Below, in pieces: positions 1-12,735 of a DNA stretch of 64,000 bases (the first letter of the stretch is position 1; each line of letters starts with the position of its first letter). The notes beneath the pieces were generated by a model, which saw only the letters and a list, made by a program, of their open reading frames with translations, was not told where the DNA came from and did not search any database. The stretch is from Dimorphilus gyrociliatus (lineage: Eukaryota > Animalia > Annelida): contig CAJFCJ010000006.1 in the NCBI GenBank assembly GCA_904063045.1, positions 2,222,946 to 2,286,945 of the forward strand. Direction: 5' to 3'. Both the position numbers and the translations under genes were made by a program.

Positions 1-434
1 GAATGTATCGAGAAGTAATAACATATTTTAAGCATATTTTGATTAATAGTAAGACCCTAAACAACATATTTGTTATATTAGTCAGACTAAAATACAAATG
101 GTTAAGGTATAAGTTCAATTTCGAAATTATTTGGAATGGTTTTTAAATTTCTTGCTGACGATAAGTACACGATAAAAAAACTGGTTGAAAGGATTTACAA
201 AAAACCGGTTAACGTAATTTTTCGTGATAAAAAAGTCCCTGGAAGGATATGTACAAATAATTCTGTATTATATTTTAATTGCAATCGTGTTTTTAAAAAG
301 TGAGAGATAAATGCTATTTATATTGAGAAAGTTTAAATGATATCACTTGTGTGCTATTTGTTATATGTTTGAGCAGTCAAGGCAATGGGATCTTGAGAAC
401 TATTCAATGTGCAATTATTACTCTTTTCCTCCAG

Positions 435-2141
435 GATATCAATTTGATTGATGATCTATGGCAACAAGAAGAAATTGATTCAGAAACAAATTCAGAAAAT
501 GCGGTCGCTTCACTCCATCAGAAGGGCGCTTATTCATTTCTAGACACGTTCACTCCTGTTTTGGACAAGTTTGAGACAAAGGAGCCATTTCTTGGCAAAC
601 CGGATGCTTTATTTCAATCCACAAGTGAATCTTCAAGATATCTGTCGGCGAAAACCAATGATTCATTCGACGAACTGGGAATTCAACCCACAAATGAGAA
701 CAAAGGAAATGAATTGCAAGATTTTTTGAATGCTAATTTCACAACCAACACAGATGCTTTTGGAAGTTCTATTCCAGAAGATGTGCTAATGAGCGACGCC
801 TTTATATCTGATGACCAAGAGACACCATTAGATAATCTATTGCGTGATTTAGACGGTAAGTTTTATTTATTCAGAAATTGAAAGTGAAATTAATGATTGT
901 TTTCCGTAACAGCCGCCGAATTGGAAGTTACTACTCCAGAAATAGAAAACATAGCCTCTAACTGGGGCTTGGATATGATTCCAAACTCGCCTGAAGCAAA
1001 TCAAGGTTTTTTAATAATAATATCATTTTGAAGAAGTTATTAACTTTTGATGTCTTTAACAGATGAATCCAACATAAAAGATGATAGTTCTGATAGTGGG
1101 GTATCAAGTAGAGGAAGCACAACCAGAGTAATTATATTTTTCTATCAGTTTAAATCTTGCAATGCATTTTTGTAATCGATTTCTACAAAAAAGGGCTTGG
1201 CCAGAAACACCACTCCCTATTATAAATGTTTAAAAAAATCCATAATTGAATATTTGTATTCTTTTCAGTTTTCCCCAACTGAAGAACACTTAGAGGACAG
1301 TCGCTTACCTCTTTATTCAATTTCCAACCCACCTTCAGATATTTTATCTCTTGCTTCCGATTACACTGACACCGAGCCGTTAGAAGCTAAAGTATCTCAT
1401 TATCAATATGAAAACTCTACCAAATCTGATGATGAATCTGAATTGGAGGAAATGGGGGCTTATGGCGGCGTTGATCCTTCTTGGATTCAACACGATCACC
1501 CATATTCTACAACCGAAAGTCAACATGTTCATCGACAAATGACTGCCCAGAGACATCACTCTATTGTCAATACCAGGAGGCCAAGGCAACGTTCTATGTC
1601 TGCTGCTCCAAGAAGAGCTCTTCCTGAGCCAGTTAATGTTCAAAAACACACAAGATCTCGAGATGAGAAGAAAGCTAAGGCTATGAAAATACCATTAACT
1701 ATTTCACAAATTGTTAATTCAGCAGTTGAAGATTTCAATGATTTGATCGCTGATCACCATCTCACTGAACCCCAATTGCAACTTATTCGAGATATCCGCC
1801 GAAGAGGAAAAAATAAAGTTGCTGCTCAAAATTGTAGGAAACGCAAAATTGAAGTAATTGATCATTTGGAAAAAGAGGTTAATACTTTAAGGCAAGAGAA
1901 AACAAGTCTAGAGAAAGAAGAGGACATGCTGAAAAGGCAGGTAGAAGAATCTAGGAGAAGAATTGAAGAATTGTCTGCTAGTCTATTTAACGAAATACCG
2001 AAACCTTATGAAGGGACTGATAGGCCAGGAGACTACACTCTTGAACAAACAGAAGATGGTAGACTCTTTATGATGCCAAAGGAGTCTACAGAAAAAACTA
2101 GACAATCTAAAAGTTCAAGGAAAAGGAAAGGAAAGAAGTAA
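435..2141 (+). CDS. NFE2L2-like: CNC-family bZIP transcription factor (Nrf2/Nrf1/CncC-like); exons 435-855, 913-1005, 1063-1127, 1269-2141; start exon uncertain (candidate ATG GTT AAG|GT at 98-106)
   Basis: Neh2-like DINLIDDLWQQE, DSGVS degron-like motif, HDHPY, CNC domain RDEKKAKAMKIP and basic region RDIRRRGKNKVAAQNCRKRK followed by a leucine zipper. Exon phases are consistent across GT-AG introns. Confidence 0.9.
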
Positions 2142-2417
2142 AGTGAAAATTATCTTTTCTGAAAAAAAAAACTGCTTTTTGTCCAAAATTGTGACAAATA
2201 TTCTTAAAAAAGACCGTTCCTTTTTCGTTTACTGTTTATCAGTGTTTGCGTGTATTTTTCAGCTTTATTTTTTCAAGTTATATATTGTGTTTGTTGATAT
2301 TTTAAAAATGTTATTAAGAGAATATTTTTATTTTGTTTTTAAATTCAAGCAAAAATAAATGATAACATGCTACATAATCTTAATGACAGAATTTAACACA
2401 TCATCAAAAATATAAAC

Positions 2418-4666
2418 TTAACGCAAGAGGGCATTGACAACAGCCGTAGCATTCAGATTCTTCAAATCTGAGTAAGTCTGCCCAGTACCAACAAAAATAA
2501 TTGGTTGCCCGGTCGTATAGGTCATAGAAATGCAAGCTCCAACCTTGTCATCTATAGTATCAAACTTTGTAAGAACGATACCATCTATCAAGCGAGGATT
2601 TTCCATGTTTGAAAAGTCAGCCAGAGACTGGTTGAATTTCATCAATTGGTCAACAGCATCATTACCAACGAGAGCTTCTCCAACAAATAAAACCAAGTCT
2701 GGTTGATTTACTTTGATCAATTTGGATAGAGCTCTCATTAGAGGTTCATTATCTTGCATGCGGCCGGCAGTATCAATTAGAACCACATCGTAATGAGTGT
2801 CTCTAGCTATAATAAGATAAAAATAATTAATACTTTCTATTGAGAATTGAAAACTCGTACAAACCATGCGCAATGGCCTCCATGGCAATAGCAGCTGGAT
2901 CTTTCCCGTACCCTCTTTCGAAGAGGTTTACAGTTTCGGGACCCTTATCGACAGGATGGAGAGCATTTAGCTTTCTAACATGAGTTCTTAATTGTTCAAC
3001 AGCACCAGCTCTGAACGTATCACAAGCAGCTATTGATACTTTTAAGCCATTTTCTATTAGCCAAAATGCTATTTTAGCCAAGTTGGTCGACTTTCCAACA
3101 CCATTCACTCCGCAAAATACAATCGCATAAGGTCTTTTATTGGCGCGGGCATCCAAAGCATCCCTGAGAATATCAACACGTCGTTTGGGTGACAAAATTT
3201 GAACACACCCTTCATAAAGTGCCTCCTTAACAGTAGATTGCACAGTTTTGAAAGTTCCAAGAACTTTACCGATAAGTTTCTTTGAAACTGATCCACAAAG
3301 TTGTTCTGCAGTTTCTGCAGCTACATTTTTACTAATCAAGTGCTCCTTCATCTTGCCAATAATTGGCGAGATGTCCTTCTCTTCCAAAGATTTCGAACCT
3401 ATCAGCGAAGTTAAACTCGAAAAGAAACCCCTCGTTGGTTTTTTGGTATTGGTTTCAGCGGTTCCATTAATTTCTTCGTCCGAAATATCAACATCATAAT
3501 CATCATCATCTTCACCAATATCGCGTATTTCTCCACCAGCAGTTCCAACGATTTCTCTCTGCAAACATTACGCTCTTGTATAACTCTATCAATATTTGTC
3601 AAAAATATTTTAATACCTCCGACTTGGTTAGAACAACTTGGGATGTATCTTCTTTTTCTCCCGAATAGTCTAATTTTAACCCAGCTTCAGCCGATTTTCC
3701 CTCATTGGGCCAAACAGTTCTTGATTTGTTTCTCGAAACCTTCTCTTGGACTTGAACCGGGCTTTGAGAAGGCTTAGGTTTTTCACCAGGTGGTTTTCCA
3801 CCTAAATAAATTTAACAGAATTAAATTTATAACTTAAACGATGATATTATAAATTTATTTACGGGCATTTCTGTGGGCTTTCTTCAACTTCATCTTTTCT
3901 ATATTTCTGTTCATTTCATCTTCTTGAAGTTTGTTAGGTCGTTGTTTTTCCACTGGTGCTACATTATTAACTTGTACTCCATTCTTCTTGATAATCATTG
4001 ATGATACCGTCTTTTGTGCTTTGTTAGATTGACTAAAAGCTTTCATTTTAGCTGGGGCTTTTTTTTTCTCATCCTGCTCGACTCTTTTTAGTAAATCCTT
4101 GAAATCGCTGTCAAAATTAAAGCTAAAAGAGTAATTCATGTTGGTAAGCTCATTCTTGTATTTATCTCTAAATTCGATTTGAATAACATCCAAAAATTTA
4201 TCAACATAGGATAACTGAAGGATCTTTTGATAACCAACAACGAACACCAGATCAAACTCATTATCTCTGGCATACTTTAGAGTTAAATCTTCGTGATTGA
4301 AGTGTGATCGGTCAGTTCTTTCCTAGAAATAAATTAAAATGTGTAATTGTTTAAATGAAATTAATAATTTTAACATAATTTATTGATTTTTAGTTTTTTA
4401 AAATACGTTTCTATTAGTGTCTATATTTTTATTCCATAACCAGGCATTATTCAACGTGGAACAGATTTTTTTCCTGGCTAAAGCTGTCTTGCCAGTACTC
4501 AATCAATACGATATGAAACATATGGAAATTAATAAAAGTTGAATTTTACCTGCAAAAAGACCGATTTTATAAGTGTATTGACAGCGGGAGTAAATAATTG
4601 AGTAGTTTCTTGAAAATACCAGAGAACAATCCCGCCTCGGGTAAATATAGCAAAAAAATCAAGCAT
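2418..4666 (-). CDS. SRPRA: Signal recognition particle receptor alpha subunit (multi-exon)
   Basis: N-terminus [19 protein letters not shown]; SRP GTPase motifs [45 protein letters not shown] and GTGQTYSDL. Confidence 0.97.
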
Positions 4667-5494
4667 TTCGCTTTTTCTTCAAAATTTGTCGTGTTGTGAA
4701 ACAACGTAGTTCCGGCTACGAAAATAACTATAGCTCTCTATGTATTACATAAATTCTAGGCGCCATCTAGACATAGCAGAATAATCAGAATATTCTAGTT
4801 AATCTAGAACTTTTCGAGCTAATTTTAGCAAATGTTTTGCAAGAGTTACCATAAAAGAATTTTTTTTAAAAATCATATTGAGAACTATTTAGAAATATTC
4901 TTAAAGAATGATGTATTATTTACGATTTAAACATTTGATAGATTCTTCTAAACTTATCAAAGTGTTTACAATAATTCTCATCAAAAAGATACAATAAGCC
5001 TAGGCGAAAAAAAATATTGTTTTTTATGTGCTATATACTTCTTTAAATAACAATCAAATAGGTTTTTATTCATTTTAATATAGGCCTACTTAATTTTTCG
5101 TAATATATTAAAAAAAGACTATAAACGATTAATCGTAATCTTGATTAATAGTTAAAAGACTTGCAAGAAAAAAATAGCTCTATTTACGCAGCTATAAATT
5201 CGTGAATATTTAATCATTTAATAAATCCTCTGATATTTAAAACTATATACAATGCTCTTTTTATTAGAAAGTTTTCTTTACAGTAGATGGAGCCAAAAGC
5301 ATATCATAACGGTATCTAAAGCAATCTATCTATAATCAATATAAGGCTCTGCCTGGGCGTGCTCTGGCGCCAGCTAAACCCCCGTCCCCATTATTCTCCT
5401 AAAGCCAAATTCGCAGTGGCAAGGAAAGTAGGGGAAAGAAAGGATCGTTTTTTGTTTATTCTAATTTATAGAGGACTATAGAAATTATAGGAAA

Positions 5495-8400
5495 ATGTAT
5501 CAACGAAATATAAAGATACATAACATGTCAACAGAGGATTTGGAGTTGGACGAACAGGGTATTTATAGAGAAAAGGACTTACCACCCGGGGATGGTGCAA
5601 TTTTAATTGATGACGATGGAATTTGGAGAGATGATGCCGATCGTTTATCGCATTATACGTTCAAAACAGACTCTGGACTAGGCGGAGACTATGGAGAAGG
5701 TAAGAGATCATTTGTTGAAGATCTTAATGATGAAGTTCAAGAGAGCAGCTGTTCAGTGCAGACAATTCAGGTAAACAGCTTTACAATGTTTGATAGGCTG
5801 TCTTAATATAGTCTTTCTCACCATTTGATTTATCTACATAGCCAAACGATGCTAAGGATATGAGTGTTTATTTACAAAAAACTGCTCCCCCCGATTCGAG
5901 CGGAACAGAAATAGCAACTCAAGAAGGAACCTTTAAGGCTGTAGAGCAACCAGGCCACAGTCTAATTGAATTTGAAGAATTAGAAAAGCATCTTATGAGC
6001 GACGTTGACGAGAGAGATTTAATTGGGCAATATTTACGAGATTTGGAAATTCGCCAAAAAGAAGAAGATATAGAACCTCTGGAACTTCCCAACGAGATAA
6101 CTTCTCAAGATATTAGAGATAATGCTAAAATGGTAGCTGCTATGTTAGATAGGCTAACGACGTCTGAAAGTGAAACAGAGAAAAGCATTAAAAGTCCTCG
6201 AAGACAGCTTCCACCCAAACCTAAAAGTAGGCCTTCAAGTGGATCAAGAATTCCTGTCAGGAGTAGAAGTCCGTCCGCTAAAAAGTTAACTCCTAGATCT
6301 TTGCCTATTACTCCTGGAAAAGGTAAAACGAACTTAACTAAAAGTAGTATTTGTCATTTTCTTTCTATTTTAGTCGATTCCACCCAATCTGATGATGAAA
6401 GGTCAAGGTTGAAAACTGCAACCAAAGTTACTAACCGTCCCCCATCCGTCCCGTCAACTCTAAGAGTTAAACCAAATATAGCCGCTTTTACGTCTCAACC
6501 GTCCAATATCAACAATAAAAATTTACTTTTGACCGGAGGATCGTCCATGGATGAAAGTGATGGTCCAGAACAATCTGCGAGATCGGATAAGAGCAAAAGA
6601 GAATTAACTAAGCGTCTCCAGAAAGAATTATTTGAGAAGGAGAAAAAAGACCTAACAATTAATCAACTACAACAAGAACTTCATTCTCTCTATAAGAAAC
6701 ACGCAGAAGCAGAAAACGTTATTGACGAATTAAAAATTGGTGCCAAAGTAACCCTGGATATTTCAGCGCCAACTGGGCAGCTCCCACAGTCCAATAGTGT
6801 ACCCAATGCACAGCATGCTCAATTTATAAGTATCAGTACTCCTGTAGCTGGCCAGCAGGCCGCTATTCAAAGGCCTGGTTCAGCAAGAAAATTGGGTAGT
6901 AGTCAAGCTTCGTTAGGTAATCAATATTTGATTTAAACTTTACAAAGGATTATGTTAATCCACTCAAATTATTATAGGTATACAGGCTTCAACTAATCCT
7001 GGCAGGCCGATTGAAGATAATTTCGTTCGACAAAGAGAAGATAGCGTTGTAAAAGACGATATTTTCAGAAGACGACGAAATTCTTCTATTCAATCTAATC
7101 CTGAAAATCTGCTAAGTGAATTGGCTTCCAAAGTTAGGAATATACAGGATCAAACGGAGTCTTTTAATATCCTTCTTGATCAAGATCAATTGAATATCGG
7201 TGAACAGCAGGATACTTTAACAAATATTAGAAAAAAACATGATGATTTACAAAATCAATATAGCAATCTTAAGTCAGAAACTCTTAGGCGAGATGAAGAG
7301 TTTGACCCCGATTCAGAAGTAGCAGGAGAACTTCATAAACTAAACTTGAAATTAGACGATCTTGAGGGTACTGTTAATAACAATGTACGATTAAAAGCTA
7401 ACGAACGGCAACCGTTTAAAAATAATGCCTTAAAAGCATCCCATAGCGTTGCTTCTGGGGAAGGCTCACTGGGTGGTCCTCATACTGGCTACCTAGCAAA
7501 CAGAAAACGAACAGATGTTCTACCAAGTGTTGGAAATATTCAAACAGATAGAAGGAAATCAAGTGTCGGATCGATCGCCTGCAGTAGACAGGGAGGAGAG
7601 ATGGACGATATGATTGAAAAAGTTAACGAAGATTATGCCCACCTCATGGATAGATATAAAAATCTAAAATCTATGTCTAAATCACCTACCAGAGATGCCG
7701 AAGTTGATAGGCTAATGCAGCAACTTAGGAATATTTACGACGAAGCGCCAGAGAAGATGAATTTAATACCTCCCGAAGCAATTCAAGAGAAATCTTCAAA
7801 CAGAGGAGCATCGTCGGTGTCTAGTAGCAACCCACCTGGACTAACTCAGAGTGATTTGGATTTTAGACACAGGGAAACTTCATCTCTGGCTAGCATTTCT
7901 ACGATTGGCAGGCGAAGATTCACTCCAGATTATAGCGGAGAAAAAATCCCGTCTGTACCTGCTGATAGTGGGATAGGAACAACAACAGCTAGTTCTCTCA
8001 CCGGTCAAAAACGATTAGGAGTCAGCTTGAATCATCAATCGCATTCGCAAGGTCGAAAATCAACAAACTCAAAAAGAGGAGATAGACCACCATCCAGAAG
8101 ATCTTTGCAGATAGAACAATCAAGCTCAGATTCCGACGATATGAGAAGGCCTCCTAGACGCTCGCCAGGAATACGACCACCATCAGAATCGCTACGGGGT
8201 AGTCAACGAAGTCAGCGAATCAAAAATGGCCATACTCCAACAGATTCCGAAATTGCTCTTTATAATGACACCAATCGAAATGATACAGAACTTAAACAAC
8301 TGCAGAGGGAAGTTATCGATTTAAAAGAGCAACTAAATCAAAGGGGGTCATCAAAGAGTACTCCCATAGCTAGACAGCCTCAACCCGTACCACCGTTCGA

Positions 8401-9595
8401 TCTGCATAAAGTAGCTTCTTCTCAACAAGAACCAGTTAGACCGATTCAACCGCAACCTTATGCACCATACAGTCAATATTGGCAACCTGGACAAACTTGG
8501 AATGTTCAACCGATGTACGAATCGGTCGTTCCACAACCTGAAATTCAATCTGCCACAGTAGATACAAGAGCAGATATCCCATCGGAGGTTTATGACCCAA
8601 GATATCCTGATACGTTTGACTATAGACAGCGTCGTCAAAGACACTATGAAAGATCCAAACGTAACCGACGACATGTAGAACCAAATGAAGAAGTTTACTT
8701 CGAGAGAGGACAAGCTGCTGATCACAGAAATGACTATGACAATCCCGAAGATGATTATCCAGATAATCCTAGTTACTTTCAACAGACCGGTCAAAAACCA
8801 AAACACTATACTCAGCATATGCACGACGATAGCCAACGAACTGGACACCCTTATAGTTCATACGGAGAAAGCCCAAGATATGGTGGACCAATGAGTCAAC
8901 AATATTACACATACGGTCAAGGGCCCAACTATGGTCAGAATCCTAACTATGGTCAAAATTATGGCCAAGACCAAAATTATTCCAGGGCACCAAACAATGG
9001 CCTACCCCAGGATGGAAATCAATATTCAAATTTTAATCCAAATTATGATCAGAATCATTCTTCTAACTGGGATGCTACAGCTCCTCCTAACTGGATATTA
9101 CCAAATGGAAATAACTCTAATGGGAACAACTGTAATGGAAACAATCCACAGATATTTTTACAGAATTCTAAAAATTCGGCTCAAGTACAAAGAGGCAAAA
9201 GTAATGCATCCATATTCGTTCCTGCGAAAATAGAGGAAGCGCCAAAAAGAGTCGCTAGAAAATCAAAGATTAGATACTACATAAGAGAATACGACGATTC
9301 GGAAGACGAGAAGAAAAATCGCAAGCTTCATCATCGTCATCATCACCATCACCACCACCATCACAAGCATCGCCATCACGATAAGAACCGAAGTAGATCG
9401 TCATCCACCCACACCAAAGATGAACATGATAGAAGATGTAAATATTCAACATCAGAAGATGAAAAAGCAGATGATTTGAATAAAGTATTAGAAAAGGCAA
9501 AGGTATTAAGAAAATTATCTGGTAAAGTAAAAGATACACTTTCCGAGGATTTAGAAAGATCTTTTCACGAATCTTTCCTGCACGACTATCTTTAA
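5495..9595 (+). CDS. AKNA-like: AKNA-domain protein (AKNA/AKNAD1-like centrosomal protein); exons about 5495-5770, 5842-6322, 6374-6916, 6978-9595; start uncertain
   Basis: LYKKHAEAENVIDELKIGAKV matches the remembered AKNA-domain core (KYAEAENTIDQLRLGAKV). C-terminal helix LNKVLEKAKVLRKLSGKVKDTLSEDL; the rest is low-complexity or coiled-coil. Confidence 0.75.
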
Positions 9596-10033
9596 TAGAG
9601 TGATTTTTTTATATTCGTATCGATGTGATTAATTCAGCTGTGATAAATTTTTTTTCATATACGGAAATTTATGAAATAAACAGTTATCTTGTTGACTAGC
9701 TTAGTTTTGTTATATAAACATTATAAACTAATATTTAATACTCCTTTTATGAGATCATTAAAATAAAATGCATTTTAATGACGACTGAAATTTTCTTGTT
9801 GATAAAAGTGTTCATTATTCCAAAAATAAGCTGAAAGTTTATTAAGATAGCACGAATAGTTGTTCTCTTGTTCTTTTCACTTGTAATTTGTTCTAGAACG
9901 AAACAAGGCCCACATTTTAGAACAATAGTTTTTTTTTAAATGTAAAAATTGTATTTATGCATGAAATTTTAAGGATTTAAAAATTGTTCATTTAACCCAT
10001 TCTATAAAAAAAGTGTTCCTTTTTGAGTATCTT

Positions 10034-10630
10034 TTAAATGGCACTGTAATCGCTTCCTGGTCTATGATATCCTCTTTTACATTCTTTTCTATATTTTCTT
10101 GCATGATAGAACTTAGAAAATCCCCATTTCCAAGTTAAAAAACACCAAACAGCAGAAACATAATGGCTAGTTGGCGAAAGTTCTACAAAAAATCAGACTA
10201 CTTAAAAGCCAAAGATTGGAAGTATTTAAGAACTCACTGTGATGATGATTTATTGCTAAAGTCAAGTACGCTACCAAGCCACATATGCCAGCTAATTGTA
10301 CGATGCATCCACAAAGCATACACTTTCGTAATTTATGGTGATATTCATACTTTGGTTTGTGATAGAGAATGTGGACCAAGAATGTACAAAAGGCAACAAT
10401 ACCTTTAATTATTAGGAGGTATATTTAAAGATTCAATATATCTGGTGTATGCTTGACTAACCTGATATTAAACCCCAGACAGCCGCGTGCCAATTATGAA
10501 AATAAAGACCAAACGAGCAGAAGGCTGATATACCTATAATAGTTCCACATATGGCATAGCCAATATTGAAATAATGTACACATCTTTTAGGTTGATTAGG
10601 CTGAACCAGCCCATCTGTTTCGCCTGCCAT
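10034..10630 (-). CDS. SLC48A1: Heme transporter HRG1 (3 exons; not called intact by the ORF track)
   Basis: Spliced translation MAGETDG...GISAFCSFGLYFHNWHAAVWGLISGIVAFCTFLVHILYH...LAINHHHKLSPTSHYVSAVWCFLTWKWGFSKFYHARKYR...DYSAI*. It has four hydrophobic segments, a TM2 His, the HRG-type VWxFxxxKW, a FARKY-like HARKY and a terminal YxxPhi motif. Confidence 0.85.
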
Positions 10631-10759
10631 GTTATTTGAATATTCTCACTTCTAATGCTTATAACTAAATTATACCTCTGTGTGAACAACTAGGATTCGA
10701 AGGTATTGAATATCGGTCGGGTAATAGTCTTTCTTGATAATGATAACTGGTAACTGCTT

Positions 10760-10773
10760 GTTACCATAGTAAC
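10760..10773. promoter_or_regulatory. RFX X-box in the HRG1/CCDC103 shared promoter
   Basis: GTTACCATAGTAAC fits the GTTRCCATRGYAAC consensus and lies 180 bp upstream of the ciliary gene CCDC103. Confidence 0.7.
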
Positions 10774-10953
10774 AATACAAGAAAAAAACATATTCACTTT
10801 AGAGGATACAGATTTTTTTCTTTGATAATAATAATAAAACTACTAAAACTTAAAGATACATTTAGAGGACAATTTTTCCTTCAGATACTCTTTTTTGAAG
10901 TTTAATTGAAAACAAACATTGAGTTTTTTGAGCGATAATTTCGATATTTTATC

Positions 10954-11649
10954 ATGTCAAATAAAAAAAAGACGGAAATTAACTTCGATAGAATCGATAA
11001 ACAAGTTCATAAAGCTGTTTTGGCCGATGAAAAATACAGTCGGGAAAATGACGCAAAATTTCGAGCTCTTCATCAAAAAGTAGCGACATATGATGAATTT
11101 AAGTAAGTCTAAAGTGTATAGCTGCTTAAAGTTTATTCTTTTTTTTATTGTAGAGGCATAGTTGAAGCTTCTCACTTAAAACCATTGGACAAAACTGATA
11201 AAATTACTACAAGTGGTACATTTCAACAAGTATGGAACTCACAAGCATCATCCAAGGATGGTGACGACTTAGAGACAAATCCGTTGAACCTTAATCTAGT
11301 TAATATTCCAAAAAATAGTTCCGATTTTTGGAAAGAGTGGAGAAACATTAAAATATCTGAAGAGAAAACTAATTACCTTCTAAAATTTAAAGATAGTCAA
11401 ATAAGGCAATTTTTCAAAATGGAAATACCAAGCGATCAACTAGAAAGTTTGATAAAGAGTTTATCATCTGTTGGAGAATTAAATCGACTGTCTACCATAA
11501 TTGAATGTATTCAAAACTCAAAAAGATTCAATTTAGCAGTATCTTTTATGAGTTTAGAGCTAAAAAGAACTTTGCAAGAGTTAACAATGAAATTAGAATC
11601 AATTAATCCAGATTTAGTAACAAGTATGATGAAAATTTTATCGTTGTAG
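10954..11649 (+). CDS. CCDC103: Coiled-coil domain-containing protein 103 (dynein arm assembly factor); 2 exons
   Basis: INFDRIDKQVHKAVLADEKYSRENDAKFRALHQKVATYDEF, then spliced IVEASHLKPLD; C-terminal RPAP3_C-like segment (DFWKEWR, FFKMEIP, KRFNLAVSFMS). Confidence 0.92.
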
Positions 11650-11693
11650 ACTTTTATTATGTTTTACGTTAATGTATATTTTTTTACGATGAA

Positions 11694-12735
11694 CTATGCA
11701 TTTGGGTTGTTTTGAAAACCTGGTGTAGAAACAAGTCTTTTGACATCTTGCTTGTCGATATTGACATGTCTATAATAGAATATCAATTATTACTAAAGTA
11801 TCTCATTCTAAATAGAAAATACTTACGGTTTCAACTGATCAGCGTAAGCTTTAATTTCATCTTGTAAATGCTCAGTACCCGCTGGTGCTGTACAGCTAAA
11901 TTCTATCAGATTCGACTCTGTTAAGGGTTCGATCTTTTCAGTTTGACCTTTTACGAGTACCTATAAAAATTAAAGAAATATCTTTTAAGAAATATGATAG
12001 ACTGTATCGCTAAAGCAAACCCTATGAATTTTAGAAACGCTTATTTTTGTCCTTCCTCTCCTAAATACATATCCTTTGGAGACGAATTCATATTCAAAAC
12101 TGAAATGAAATTATTTTATTTAGACAAGTACAGAACATATACTGAAGATATCTTCATCTAACCTGAAACCCAATGATTTCAAGTATTGTAGTATTTGATC
12201 CTCATTTACGGCTATATCCAAGCAGGTTCTTACCATGGTTGGTTTACTTCTGTCGCTATCCGGATCATTTGTGTACCTCATTTGACTATAACAGTTTAAA
12301 TCATCGTGTTACAAGGGTTTAAGAAATTTTTTAACAAGAATTCTACCATGGATTACGAACAGCTCCAGAAGGAACCGGCAGAAGAGATTTACGGATAGAT
12401 ACATTAACGTCGGGTGCGTTCAATGCTTGTCCCTCTAAATAATAATCGAATATATTAATAATTCGCATGCTTTCATCTAATTTTTGTTGTATACTTAATA
12501 CAAAGACTTGTTCGTGGTCGAGAAATTTACTCTGATCTCCATCGCAAGATCCTTGAAGTCTATATAGCAGTGTTTCTCTATTGCTATCCAATATACTTCC
12601 CTATATGATTTGGAGAAATTTAATCAGGCACCCAAAAACGCTATCAATACTTACATGTAAATAGTATTCTTGAGTTGGAACAACTCCCTTTACCATGGCT
12701 TCTGCGTTGCTTTTATGACTTATGAATTGCTCCAT
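11694..12735 (-). CDS. MED18: Mediator complex subunit 18 (6 exons)
   Basis: Spliced translation QEYYLHGSILD...LYRLQGSCD...FLDHEQVF...MVRTCLDIA...LGFRFEYEFVSKGYVF...IEFSCTAPAG...YADQLKPHVNIDK is colinear with remembered MED18. Confidence 0.92.

Noticed and set aside
1380-1649. Antisense ORFs inside real genes (also 3248-3499, 8351-8848, 18409-18660, 23643-23888, 49026-49208, 55089-55400, 59244-59462, 61614-61847)
   Set aside because: They are shadow frames of well-supported coding exons on the other strand, with no independent motifs.
2143-2358. 71-aa ORF directly after the CNC stop codon
   Set aside because: GTG start and an F/L/I/K composition typical of an AT-rich 3' UTR.
6323-6373. Stop-free in-frame introns (AKNA 51 nt; SANTA paralog 3 53656-53709, 54 nt) as regulated intron retention
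   Set aside because: With introns this short, some stop-free 3n introns are expected by chance; there is no further evidence.
11694-12735. Initial idea of a PIH1-domain dynein assembly factor next to CCDC103
   Set aside because: The spliced translation matches MED18 throughout.
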